A stretch of DNA of 64,000 nt from a virus. Shown piece after piece: positions 44,133-51,398 of this stretch. The position numbers and the translations under genes were made by a program. Under the pieces are notes generated by a model, which worked only from the letters and a program-made list of their open reading frames with translations, did no database searches and was not told the origin of the DNA. The stretch is taken from the IMG/VR virus record IMGVR_UViG_3300008453_000627. One strand, 5' to 3'. Numbering within the stretch: the first letter of the stretch is position 1; every line of letters begins with the position of its first letter.

Positions 44133-44507
44133 ATGGCAACAGATAAACTGTTTACGGTAGTTGGTACTTCTAAGCTCAATGGTGAGATGAAGGTTCGCTT
44201 TGCGAACGATGTGATGCGTGTTAAGGTGCTGGCAAAGCACGGACACACTGACATTAACCTTATTGAGTTGGATACTCCAATGACCAAGCTTGAGGCTGTA
44301 AAAGTTCTCAAGACTGCGGACGAGTTCCAAGGCGCCGCAGAGCAAAGCGCAATCGCTGACTATCTCGATCGCAAGGACGAGACACCCGCCAAAGCTACAA
44401 AGGCTGTGGCACCTGCTAAGACTGCAACGGTCAAGGCTCCCAAAGTCAAAGCTGCTATCAAAGCATCTAAGATTGACACTAGCGAGATGGAAGACGCTCC
44501 ATTCTAA
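44133..44507 (+). CDS. hypothetical protein, paralogue of 37776..38036, Ala/Lys-rich C-terminal tail
   Basis: start at first ATG 44133 (MATDKLFTVVG…); track start 44115 is TTG. Confidence 0.5.
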   Translation: MATDKLFTVVGTSKLNGEMKVRFANDVMRVKVLAKHGHTDINLIELDTPMTKLEAVKVLKTADEFQGAAEQSAIADYLDRKDETPAKATKAVAPAKTATVKAPKVKAAIKASKIDTSEMEDAPF

Positions 44508-44546
44508 TCTACAGCACCGTATCGCTGAGCATCATAAATACACTCT

Positions 44547-44741
44547 ATGCGATACGGTGTTTCCCAATCAAACGATTATCAACAAGTTGGCGCAGTGGTC
44601 ATCAGAGACTTCCTTAGTGAACCTAAGGGCCGAGTCCTTTGCGTGATCGCTCGCGACAACCTCTACGAAGCAGAGCAGACAGCACAATACCTCTGCGATT
44701 TATTAAACAAAGAAGAAAAACATGCCCTGGGTTCAGTATGA
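44547..44741 (+). CDS. hypothetical protein
   Basis: 64 aa; the ATG lies at the base of an 11-bp inverted repeat. Confidence 0.45.
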   Translation: MRYGVSQSNDYQQVGAVVIRDFLSEPKGRVLCVIARDNLYEAEQTAQYLCDLLNKEEKHALGSV

Positions 44742-44922
44742 AGTTTGGAGTGTCGACGAACTTGGACACGAAGAAATCATTGACACAACTAACAGTCTAA
44801 AAGAAGCAAATCAATTGGCGGATGTAACGCTAAATGATGTTGACAACGGCATTGTAGAGTGTATAATATACAAAGAGACAGAAGGCGAGCTTGAAGAAGT
44901 CGCTGTGGTAGTTAGGGATTGA
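44722..44922 (+). CDS. hypothetical acidic protein
   Basis: 66 aa; contains the tRNA-cluster promoter in its 3' part. Confidence 0.45.
   Translation: MPWVQYEVWSVDELGHEEIIDTTNSLKEANQLADVTLNDVDNGIVECIIYKETEGELEEVAVVVRD
44840..44867 (+). promoter_or_regulatory. sigma70-like promoter (TTGACA-N16-TATAAT) upstream of the tRNA cluster
   Basis: ttgacaacggcattgtagagtgtataat inside the coding sequence, 60 nt before tRNA-Leu. Confidence 0.45.
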
Positions 44923-44927
44923 TCAAT

Positions 44928-45012
44928 GCTCGGATGGTGAAATAGGTAGACACAAGAGACTTAAAATCTCTCGCTGAAAGGCGTGCCGGTTCGATTCCGG
45001 CTCCGAGCACCA
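44928..45012 (+). tRNA. tRNA-Leu (anticodon TAA), class II long variable arm
   Basis: acceptor GCTCGGA/TCCGAGC, anticodon loop CTTAAAA, T-loop TTCGATT, variable arm cgctgaaaggcgtg, encoded CCA. Confidence 0.8.
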
Positions 45013-45056
45013 AGAATACCAAAGTAAATTTACAGGGAATACCAAAGTAAATTTAT

Positions 45057-45133
45057 CTGACTGTAGCTCAACTGGATAGAGCAACAGCCTTCTAAGCTGT
45101 AGGTCGGGGGTTCGAGTCCCTCCAGTCAGGCCA
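45057..45133 (+). tRNA. tRNA-Arg (anticodon TCT)
   Basis: acceptor CTGACTG/CAGTCAG, D-arm TAGCTCAACTGGATAGAGC, anticodon loop CTTCTAA, T-loop TTCGAGT, CCA end. Confidence 0.8.
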
Positions 45134-45138
45134 GTTTA

Positions 45139-45216
45139 GGGCCTCTAGCTCATGTTGGTTAGAGCAGTGGACTCATAATCCATTGGTGCGGAGTTCGACT
45201 CTCCGGGGGCCCACCA
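45139..45216 (+). tRNA. tRNA-Met or Ile2 (anticodon CAT), elongator-type G1:C72
   Basis: acceptor GGGCCTC/GGGGCCC, D-arm TAGCTCATGTTGGTTAGAGC, anticodon loop CTCATAA, T-loop TTCGACT, CCA end. Confidence 0.75.
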
Positions 45217-45236
45217 TTCATCTAAAGGAGCACATT

Positions 45237-45410
45237 ATGGCAGGCAAAGCGAAATCAATATACCTTACAATCTTGCCCAAAGGCAAGCATATGAGCGTTT
45301 TTAAGAAGGTATTCTTCGAAGCCAAATCCTATAACGAATACGTCAAGACCGACGAATTCAAAGCCAAATGGCCCAAAGAAGAGTTCGACATTGTAAAAGA
45401 AACCTATTAA
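45237..45410 (+). CDS. hypothetical basic protein (57 aa)
   Basis: AAAGGAG SD then ATG 45237 (MAGKAKSIYLT…); the track ORF start overlaps tRNA-Met and is rejected. Confidence 0.45.
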   Translation: MAGKAKSIYLTILPKGKHMSVFKKVFFEAKSYNEYVKTDEFKAKWPKEEFDIVKETY

Positions 45411-45418
45411 CCCTTTGG

Positions 45419-45447
45419 TTGACAGGGTCTTTGTTTGGTGCTATAAT
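45419..45447 (+). promoter_or_regulatory. early promoter cassette (stem ACCCTttggttgacAGGGT)
   Basis: ttgacagggtctttgtttggtgctataat + acatacatagacaagcaaggagc. Confidence 0.55.
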
Positions 45448-45474
45448 ACATACATAGACAAGCAAGGAGCTGAT

Positions 45475-45690
45475 ATGGGATACAAGGTTGTAGCAGATCG
45501 AGAGCAGATGGACATGATGCGTGTCAAATACGGTCCACGCAAGGGCTTAGAAGGCCCCTTCAACTTCTCCGGCAGAGTGTTGTATTATGACAACAAAGAG
45601 GGTCAGTACTACGATCCTACTACAGACTTCTACGTAGAGGAAGACGAAATGTCCATGATCCGTGAAGGGTTTTTGACACAGTTCGCTTGA
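45475..45690 (+). CDS. hypothetical protein
   Basis: first ATG 45475 (MGYKVVADREQ…); track start 45415 is TTG within the promoter. Confidence 0.5.
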   Translation: MGYKVVADREQMDMMRVKYGPRKGLEGPFNFSGRVLYYDNKEGQYYDPTTDFYVEEDEMSMIREGFLTQFA

Positions 45691-45715
45691 CAGCCTGACT
45701 GTTTGGCGTTATAAT
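45687..45715 (+). promoter_or_regulatory. early promoter cassette overlapping the upstream stop codon
   Basis: ttgacagcctgactgtttggcgttataat + agatacatagacagcaacaaggagc. Confidence 0.55.
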
Positions 45716-45747
45716 AGATACATAGACAGCAACAAGGAGCGAACCAA

Positions 45748-46041
45748 ATGGCTAAACTATTGATCCAAACCCAAGTGTACGAGAACTACGGTACGGCTGA
45801 TGAGCCTTACTGGAAACCCAAAGGCGGTGCAGACTACGTGGTCAAGAAGTTCAAAGACTTCAACAAGGTCACTGAAACTGTGATGGCCCTGCGCTCACAG
45901 ATCGAGCAGGACAACGAATACTACCGCGAGCACATCATCAACTTCGAAGTTGTGGCCAACGACTACATGACAGACTTTGAGAAGGATCAGTGGGAATACG
46001 AAGGCAAAATCACTTATCCCGCAAAGGAGTTGGCATGGTAA
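45748..46041 (+). CDS. hypothetical protein
   Basis: 97 aa. Confidence 0.5.
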   Translation: MAKLLIQTQVYENYGTADEPYWKPKGGADYVVKKFKDFNKVTETVMALRSQIEQDNEYYREHIINFEVVANDYMTDFEKDQWEYEGKITYPAKELAW

Positions 46042-46130
46042 TCAATCAAGCAATCATCAATCTGCTGATCGTGCTGGCGCCGATCTGGATCATGGGAATA
46101 GCCCTACTGGTTGACTGGTTATTCAATTGA
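46035..46130 (+). CDS. small hydrophobic peptide (31 aa)
   Basis: MVINQAIINLLIVLAPIWIMGIALLVDWLFN; ATGGTAA overlap; contains the next promoter -35. Confidence 0.3.
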   Translation: MVINQAIINLLIVLAPIWIMGIALLVDWLFN

Positions 46131-46139
46131 GTATATAAT
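46111..46139 (+). promoter_or_regulatory. early promoter cassette
   Basis: ttgactggttattcaattgagtatataat + acatacatagacaagcaaggagc. Confidence 0.5.
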
Positions 46140-46166
46140 ACATACATAGACAAGCAAGGAGCGAAG

Positions 46167-46388
46167 ATGATTAGAGAGCACATTGAGATGGATACACGAC
46201 ATGGTGGTCCATACGATCGCGGTACAGCCGACAGCTACTACCGCAGAAGCTATAACCCTCACTATTACAAGGGCGACACTGGTAACTCACCTCGTGTAAC
46301 GCTCAAAGACATGACACCCGACGAGATCGTGGCCTACACCGCAGGCTATCGCGACAACGAAGATGAAGGCAACTTCAAAGAGTATTAA
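46167..46388 (+). CDS. hypothetical protein
   Basis: 73 aa. Confidence 0.5.
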   Translation: MIREHIEMDTRHGGPYDRGTADSYYRRSYNPHYYKGDTGNSPRVTLKDMTPDEIVAYTAGYRDNEDEGNFKEY

Positions 46389-46399
46389 TAACCCTTTGG

Positions 46400-46428
46400 T
46401 TGACAGGGTTACCAAAAGACGTTATAAT
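46400..46428 (+). promoter_or_regulatory. early promoter cassette (stem AACCCTttggttgacAGGGTT)
   Basis: ttgacagggttaccaaaagacgttataat. Confidence 0.55.
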
Positions 46429-46453
46429 TAACACATAGCAACAAGGAACTAAG

Positions 46454-46687
46454 ATGAACAAATATCAGAAACAAGCATTGGTAGATATGGGCAAGGTCGC
46501 CCTGGCAGTTGTAGCAGGTATTGCCGCAATTAACGCCGTGATCATGCTGGGCATGTCAGCAGGTGATGTAGCCGGCGCGATCAGTTTGGTGGCCATGGGT
46601 TACTGTGTCTATCAACTCTACTTGATCCGTGTGGGTCAGCTGGAGAGCCAGGATCGTTTGAACGACATTGAGAAGAAGTACAAATAA
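46454..46687 (+). CDS. small membrane protein
   Basis: 77 aa, two TM segments. Confidence 0.5.
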   Translation: MNKYQKQALVDMGKVALAVVAGIAAINAVIMLGMSAGDVAGAISLVAMGYCVYQLYLIRVGQLESQDRLNDIEKKYK

Positions 46688-46696
46688 CCCTAGTGG

Positions 46697-46725
46697 TTGA
46701 CAGGTTATCGTTTTGGCAGTATAAT
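46697..46725 (+). promoter_or_regulatory. early promoter cassette
   Basis: ttgacaggttatcgttttggcagtataat + acatacatattaacacaaaagggagc. Confidence 0.55.
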
Positions 46726-46758
46726 ACATACATATTAACACAAAAGGGAGCGACCCAA

Positions 46759-47142
46759 ATGGCTAAAGTAAATTATGACAAGTTTGCCTCGTTTGACATT
46801 AACGAGTGCTGTGATCACTTTGACAGTGAGAAGCAGAGCAACTGGAAGAAGATTGGCAAGTTCATCGTAGCAGATGGACAGGACTATGCCCATATTATGG
46901 AAACAGAGTTTGACTTTGAAGATGTAGGCAATGGCGAGTATGCGGCCTTTGAGGCAGGTGTTAAGTATGCACTGACCAAGATGAACATTGCTTTTGAAGC
47001 GGCTGCTGTAGACTTGCAGATCTGCGAGGTAGACTTGGTAGAGAGCATGGGCTTTATGATGGTACGTTGCGATGACGAGCCAGAGGACTTTGTCAAGCGG
47101 GTTATGAAGAAGCCTGTTATGATGGTAGACAGCTGGTGCTAA
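46759..47142 (+). CDS. hypothetical acidic protein
   Basis: first ATG 46759 (MAKVNYDKFASF…); track start 46693 is GTG within the promoter. Confidence 0.5.
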   Translation: MAKVNYDKFASFDINECCDHFDSEKQSNWKKIGKFIVADGQDYAHIMETEFDFEDVGNGEYAAFEAGVKYALTKMNIAFEAAAVDLQICEVDLVESMGFMMVRCDDEPEDFVKRVMKKPVMMVDSWC

Positions 47143-47202
47143 CAGTTTGCCAATGTGTCAGCCTATCACTAGACCCTGCAACACGCCCGGGCACTTCGTA
47201 GG

Positions 47203-47231
47203 TTGACACAAAGGCTTTTTGACAGTATAAT
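47203..47231 (+). promoter_or_regulatory. early promoter cassette with ~125-nt leader
   Basis: ttgacacaaaggctttttgacagtataat. Confidence 0.5.
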
Positions 47232-47360
47232 AGAGACATAGTAAGAAGCAAGGCGATCCTCAAATGTAAGAACCCAGCAGAGATGCAAAAAGGGTTGTAA
47301 CCAAGGGATACGAAGCGAGTTTGGAGACTCGGCCTAAGCCAACATGCACAGGAGCGAACC

Positions 47361-47555
47361 ATGCAAGTACACTTTATCAACACAGGAACCAAAGAAGACT
47401 TTGGCTTTAGAGAAGTCAACGTAGAAGCCTTCAAGTTGGATCACGACAATGCTCCTTATTGCATCGTTAGCAATCCATTTTTCCCGGGCGAAAGTCTACG
47501 TGCAGAGTACAACTTCTATAACGATTGCCTGCAATGGGTGGTTGACATAGATTGA
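47361..47555 (+). CDS. hypothetical protein
   Basis: 64 aa, GGAGCG SD. Confidence 0.5.
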   Translation: MQVHFINTGTKEDFGFREVNVEAFKLDHDNAPYCIVSNPFFPGESLRAEYNFYNDCLQWVVDID

Positions 47556-47570
47556 TTTTGACAGTATAAT
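47542..47570 (+). promoter_or_regulatory. early promoter cassette embedded in 3' end of upstream ORF
   Basis: ttgacatagattgattttgacagtataat + agacacatcaacaacgcaaataggagc. Confidence 0.55.
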
Positions 47571-47602
47571 AGACACATCAACAACGCAAATAGGAGCGAA
47601 CT

Positions 47603-47881
47603 ATGAACGTACAGCAGATCAATACAGCCCTGGTAACAGGTTCTTTCACCAACGATCAACTGGCAAGTGTGATCGATGCAGTCAAGTTTGCTCGTAGCCG
47701 TTTGGCACAGACTACAAAGAGCACTCTGCGAGTAGGCGACAATGTCAACTTTACCTCTAGCAAAACCGGACAGAACATGACAGGTTTTGTTACAAAGATT
47801 GCCATTAAATATGTAACAGTCAAAACAATGAACGGCTTGTGGCGTGTGCCAGCTAACATGCTGAACAAGGTTGAAGCCTAA
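47603..47881 (+). CDS. hypothetical protein
   Basis: 92 aa. Confidence 0.5.
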   Translation: MNVQQINTALVTGSFTNDQLASVIDAVKFARSRLAQTTKSTLRVGDNVNFTSSKTGQNMTGFVTKIAIKYVTVKTMNGLWRVPANMLNKVEA

Positions 47882-47899
47882 TTACAGAACTAATAGAGC

Positions 47900-47928
47900 T
47901 TGACAACAGGCTCTATTGATGCTATAAT
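47900..47928 (+). promoter_or_regulatory. early promoter cassette with -35 in loop of 8-bp hairpin (AATAGAGCttgacaacagGCTCTATT)
   Basis: ttgacaacaggctctattgatgctataat. Confidence 0.55.
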
Positions 47929-47958
47929 TACTTTTTTAAACAACATTGGAGCGAAACA

Positions 47959-48816
47959 ATGCCAGGATATCGTGTAGTAAAATTGGACGAGCAGAGCAAC
48001 AAGACTATCCCTCAGCGTAGTACTGTAGAGCCTATTAGCAAAGAATCAGATGCAGAGATCATGGAGCGTATGCGTGAACGCTTTGAGATCCTTGACGACA
48101 TGACCCGTGCGGTTAAAAAGGGTGCAGTACGTGCTATGATTGTAAGCGGTGCACCGGGTGTGGGCAAGAGCTTTGGTGTTGAGAAAGTACTGAGCAAGCA
48201 TCAACTCCTCGCAGACGTAGCCAACGATCAAAAGCTCAAGAAGTTTGAGATTGTCAAAGGCGCTATGTCAGCTATTGGACTGTACAAGAAGCTGTACGAG
48301 TACAGTGACTCTAAGTGTATCCTTGTGTTCGATGACTGCGATTCAGTACTGTTGGACGACATTGCACTCAACATCCTTAAGGCTGCATTGGATACAAGCA
48401 AGAAGCGTACCATCAGCTGGAACACAGACAGCCGTAGTTTGATTGCAGAAGGTGTGCCCAATAGCTTTGAGTACAAGGGCGGTGCTATCTTTATTACTAA
48501 TATTAACTTCCAGAACATCAAGAGCAAGAAGCTTCAGGATCACTTGGCAGCATTGGAAAGCCGTTGCCACTACATTGATCTTACGATCCATACAGAGCGT
48601 GACAAGATGTTGCGTATCCGACAGATCGTAGCTGATGGCATGCTGGCAGAGTACGAGTTCACAACAGAGCAACAAGCAGAGCTGGTAGAGTTTGTAGATG
48701 CTAACAAGAAGCGCCTGCGTGAACTGAGCTTGCGTACAGTACTTAAGACTGCTGACTTGATCAAGAGCTTCCCAGCTAAATGGCAACGTGTAGCAGAGGT
48801 TAGCCTTATGCGCTAA
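47959..48816 (+). CDS. AAA+ ATPase (early gene; DnaC/IstB-like features)
   Basis: Walker A GAPGVGKS, Walker B ILVFDDCD, FITNINF…ESRCHYID sensor region. Confidence 0.65.
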   Translation: MPGYRVVKLDEQSNKTIPQRSTVEPISKESDAEIMERMRERFEILDDMTRAVKKGAVRAMIVSGAPGVGKSFGVEKVLSKHQLLADVANDQKLKKFEIVKGAMSAIGLYKKLYEYSDSKCILVFDDCDSVLLDDIALNILKAALDTSKKRTISWNTDSRSLIAEGVPNSFEYKGGAIFITNINFQNIKSKKLQDHLAALESRCHYIDLTIHTERDKMLRIRQIVADGMLAEYEFTTEQQAELVEFVDANKKRLRELSLRTVLKTADLIKSFPAKWQRVAEVSLMR

Positions 48817-48893
48817 TGCATACAGCTAGCAGGGCAGCTTGAGCCCTGCACACTGTACTAGAGCACAGCATACACAAAGCTCTAGACAGTGCA

Positions 48894-48932
48894 GTTAGAT
48901 CCAGTTCGATTCGCTCCCGACAGTGATCTAAC
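48894..48932 (+). other. hairpin 1 with loop motif CGATTCGCTCCCG
   Basis: GTTAGATC…(23-nt loop)…GATCTAAC. Confidence 0.4.
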
Positions 48933-48958
48933 AGGGACTGCTGTGAAGCAGACCTTTG

Positions 48959-49000
48959 AACCCCATGATCCGATTCGCTCCCGGTCATGGGGTTTCTTTT
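48959..49000 (+). terminator. strong hairpin (10-bp stem) + T-rich tail; loop shares CGATTCGCTCCCG with hairpin 1
   Basis: AACCCCATGAtccgattcgctcccggTCATGGGGTT tcttttc. Confidence 0.5.
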
Positions 49001-49121
49001 CATCGATGAGGTCAGGGGGTCGGGGCGACCATCGGGGTGAGGTGAGGGGGTCGGGGCTTAATAATGATATTTGTAATACTAAATTATTACGGCTTAGTGG
49101 TGCTAAATCACCAGGCAGAAT

Positions 49122-49299
49122 CTGTAAGTACTTCTCTTATATTTTTTGCGCGGCAGATTTTTAACCCTGCAGGACCCATTTCAGGGAAGAGACTCGCAGG
49201 CGATTCTTTACTGTAAAACTACCTTGAAGAAACTCTAAGTACTTCCCTAAAAATTTTTGCGCTAAATTTTTTTTTGGTCTGCAGACCCCATTTGGGCTC
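49122..49299. repeat. two ~65-bp imperfect direct repeats (CTsTAAGTACTTCyCT…TTTTTGCGC…CTGCAGrCCCCATTT)
   Basis: copy 1 ~49122-49187, copy 2 ~49234-49299, in a 480-bp non-coding convergent gap. Confidence 0.45.
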
Positions 49300-49729
49300 A
49301 GTCCCACATCGTGCGGAATTCACCGTAACTGCGTATTGCTGTATATGTTGCTTCAGCTAGAAATTCAAAGTGTTTATACAGTGCTCTCACAGCAGGAAAA
49401 TCCCCCTGCTTTAAAACCATTTCGTAACAGCCCTGCCCCATGTCTACATAGTAACTGGCAGCAATTCCTCTACGTTCTCCCAACTCTGGAAACACTGCAC
49501 GAGTGAACCAACAGGTATTGCCCAATGCCAATGCTTCTGCGGGTGTACGCAAAGTCATATAGCGTTCAGCGTAGCTAGGCTCGGGTTGCCATGGGTTTTT
49601 ATCCATCTTTTCAGCTAACAGTTTAGCTTCATACACTGTAACAAAGTCTGGTATTGCCCAGCCTTGACGCTGATATGTAGTTTCCAATATATTTTTTATA
49701 CCCTTTTCTGCTGTATAGTTCATAGCCAC
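49298..49729 (-). CDS. hypothetical protein
   Basis: 143 aa. Confidence 0.5.
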   Translation of the reverse strand: MAMNYTAEKGIKNILETTYQRQGWAIPDFVTVYEAKLLAEKMDKNPWQPEPSYAERYMTLRTPAEALALGNTCWFTRAVFPELGERRGIAASYYVDMGQGCYEMVLKQGDFPAVRALYKHFEFLAEATYTAIRSYGEFRTMWD

Positions 49730-49758
49730 TCCATATTGTATATTTAATAAATATTTTT

Positions 49759-50412
49759 ATGAAATTTGCCGTATACGGTGACAGCTTTGTTGATGGTGTT
49801 GACCGCAATTCACAAACCTGGGCAGCACAGCTAGCTGTCAAAATGGGTGCCGTCAGTATAGACTATTACGGTTGTGCTGGCAGCAGCTTTTATTGGACTT
49901 ATCAACAGATACTGGCCACAGCTCAACCATACGATCATATCATAGTAGCTGTTACTGAACCTGTACGCTTTCCTATCAAGGTAGAAAACCATTTTGTCAC
50001 TGGTCCACCCGGTGTAGACTCAATTACCAGTTTTAAGAAAAAAACTTACCTGTTGGGTTGGTTTATGATCAGTGATTTTGACTATCTAGTCACTGTGCAA
50101 AATCTCATGATCAATGACATTAAACTGCGCTTTCCACGCAGCCGATTCATAGCCTGTTTTCCCAACAGCTTTGCCAGTGATTTTAATCTACTGCACATTA
50201 ACTCTATAGCTAAAAAAGCTTTGGGTGTTGATCGTGTAGATCCCGCAATACTAGAAGAAAAGTCCGCTACACTGTGCCATATTCCTCAACCTTGGCACAG
50301 TGCCCTAGCTGACTATTTGTACAACACTGCTGAGCCTAACGTTGCTGACTGTACTGCTGATCTGTTTCCCCCTTTGGGTTCCAGCAGTCTTTATTATAAT
50401 ATACGTAGATAA
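49759..50412 (+). CDS. SGNH/GDSL hydrolase
   Basis: MKFAVYGDSFVDG (block I GDS), …NYGCAGSS (block II). Confidence 0.6.
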   Translation: MKFAVYGDSFVDGVDRNSQTWAAQLAVKMGAVSIDYYGCAGSSFYWTYQQILATAQPYDHIIVAVTEPVRFPIKVENHFVTGPPGVDSITSFKKKTYLLGWFMISDFDYLVTVQNLMINDIKLRFPRSRFIACFPNSFASDFNLLHINSIAKKALGVDRVDPAILEEKSATLCHIPQPWHSALADYLYNTAEPNVADCTADLFPPLGSSSLYYNIRR

Positions 50413-50492
50413 TAGCCTTAAAAAATCGCTTTTGGCGCTGGCGCTTCGCGCCGCTTCGCAGCAGGCCTGGGCCGCAACCCGCTAAATATTTC

Positions 50493-51398
50493 ATGAAAAA
50501 GAACATCTACCGACCCCAGGTCTACAATCAAGAAAATGACATCAAGTATTTGTCCAGCACAGCCTTTCCCTATAAATTTGCCGCTACTAACATTGAACAG
50601 TTGCTCACAGGATTTGGTCAACGCTATGGACTAGTAGAACTCAATGACTATGGAGATCGGGGTGCAGAAGGTCTGGCCAATTGGACACGCAACAGCTACA
50701 ATCAACAGTTTGCACATGATCCTAACTTTGAATATAAAAACAATTCTTGGGGATTTAGATGCGATCATTCGGGGCAAGCTGTGGACGTTTGGGCCTTTGG
50801 CTGCTCTGTTACCTATGGTGTAGGAGTTCCGCGGGAATATCGCTGGACTGATTGGCTCACCAAGCTTACTGGGCTCACTTGTGCCAACTATGCTGTCACG
50901 GGACTCAGTACCAATGAAATGGCACGTATGTTCATTCAACTTGCTAGATTTCAACAGCCAAAACATGCTGTGTTTCTATTGCCCGACTACAGTAGAATCA
51001 TGCTGAGTGCAGTGACCAATGGACAGTTGGATCACTTCAATGCCTTTGGCAACTACCAATATTCACATCCCATGCGTCTAGTGCCCGATAGGTTCCAAGC
51101 TTGCGAAACTTACTACAGCTTGCCCTTGACCAATCATGTTGAGCTGTTTATCATGGATCTGCACGCCATTGCCACTGCGGCTGAAGCTCGAGGCATCGAC
51201 GTGACGTTTGCTTCATGGGACAGCAGAGCCAACAGGTTTATACATCAACAGGACTTCAGTCACTATGGAATCAACTGTGCCAAACTGGCTTATGTTGAAC
51301 GGGATGTGCTGGGTCGAGATCAAAGTCACCCGGGGCTCTATTACCATAAAACACTGGCGGAAACTATAGCCCCCGTGATCAAAGATCATCAGTGTTGA
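50493..51398 (+). CDS. SGNH-like hydrolase paralogue (GCS variant)
   Basis: VWAFGCSVTYGVGVPREYRWTDWL parallels 31425..32189 IFIFGCSFTKYKWPTWADIVGY. Confidence 0.5.
   Translation: MKKNIYRPQVYNQENDIKYLSSTAFPYKFAATNIEQLLTGFGQRYGLVELNDYGDRGAEGLANWTRNSYNQQFAHDPNFEYKNNSWGFRCDHSGQAVDVWAFGCSVTYGVGVPREYRWTDWLTKLTGLTCANYAVTGLSTNEMARMFIQLARFQQPKHAVFLLPDYSRIMLSAVTNGQLDHFNAFGNYQYSHPMRLVPDRFQACETYYSLPLTNHVELFIMDLHAIATAAEARGIDVTFASWDSRANRFIHQQDFSHYGINCAKLAYVERDVLGRDQSHPGLYYHKTLAETIAPVIKDHQC

Noticed and set aside
45183-45236. 5' extension of ORF 45183..45410 (TTG start) overlapping tRNA-Met
   Set aside because: The extension runs through the tRNA. The ATG at 45237 has a strong AAAGGAG SD, so the CDS was truncated to 45237..45410.
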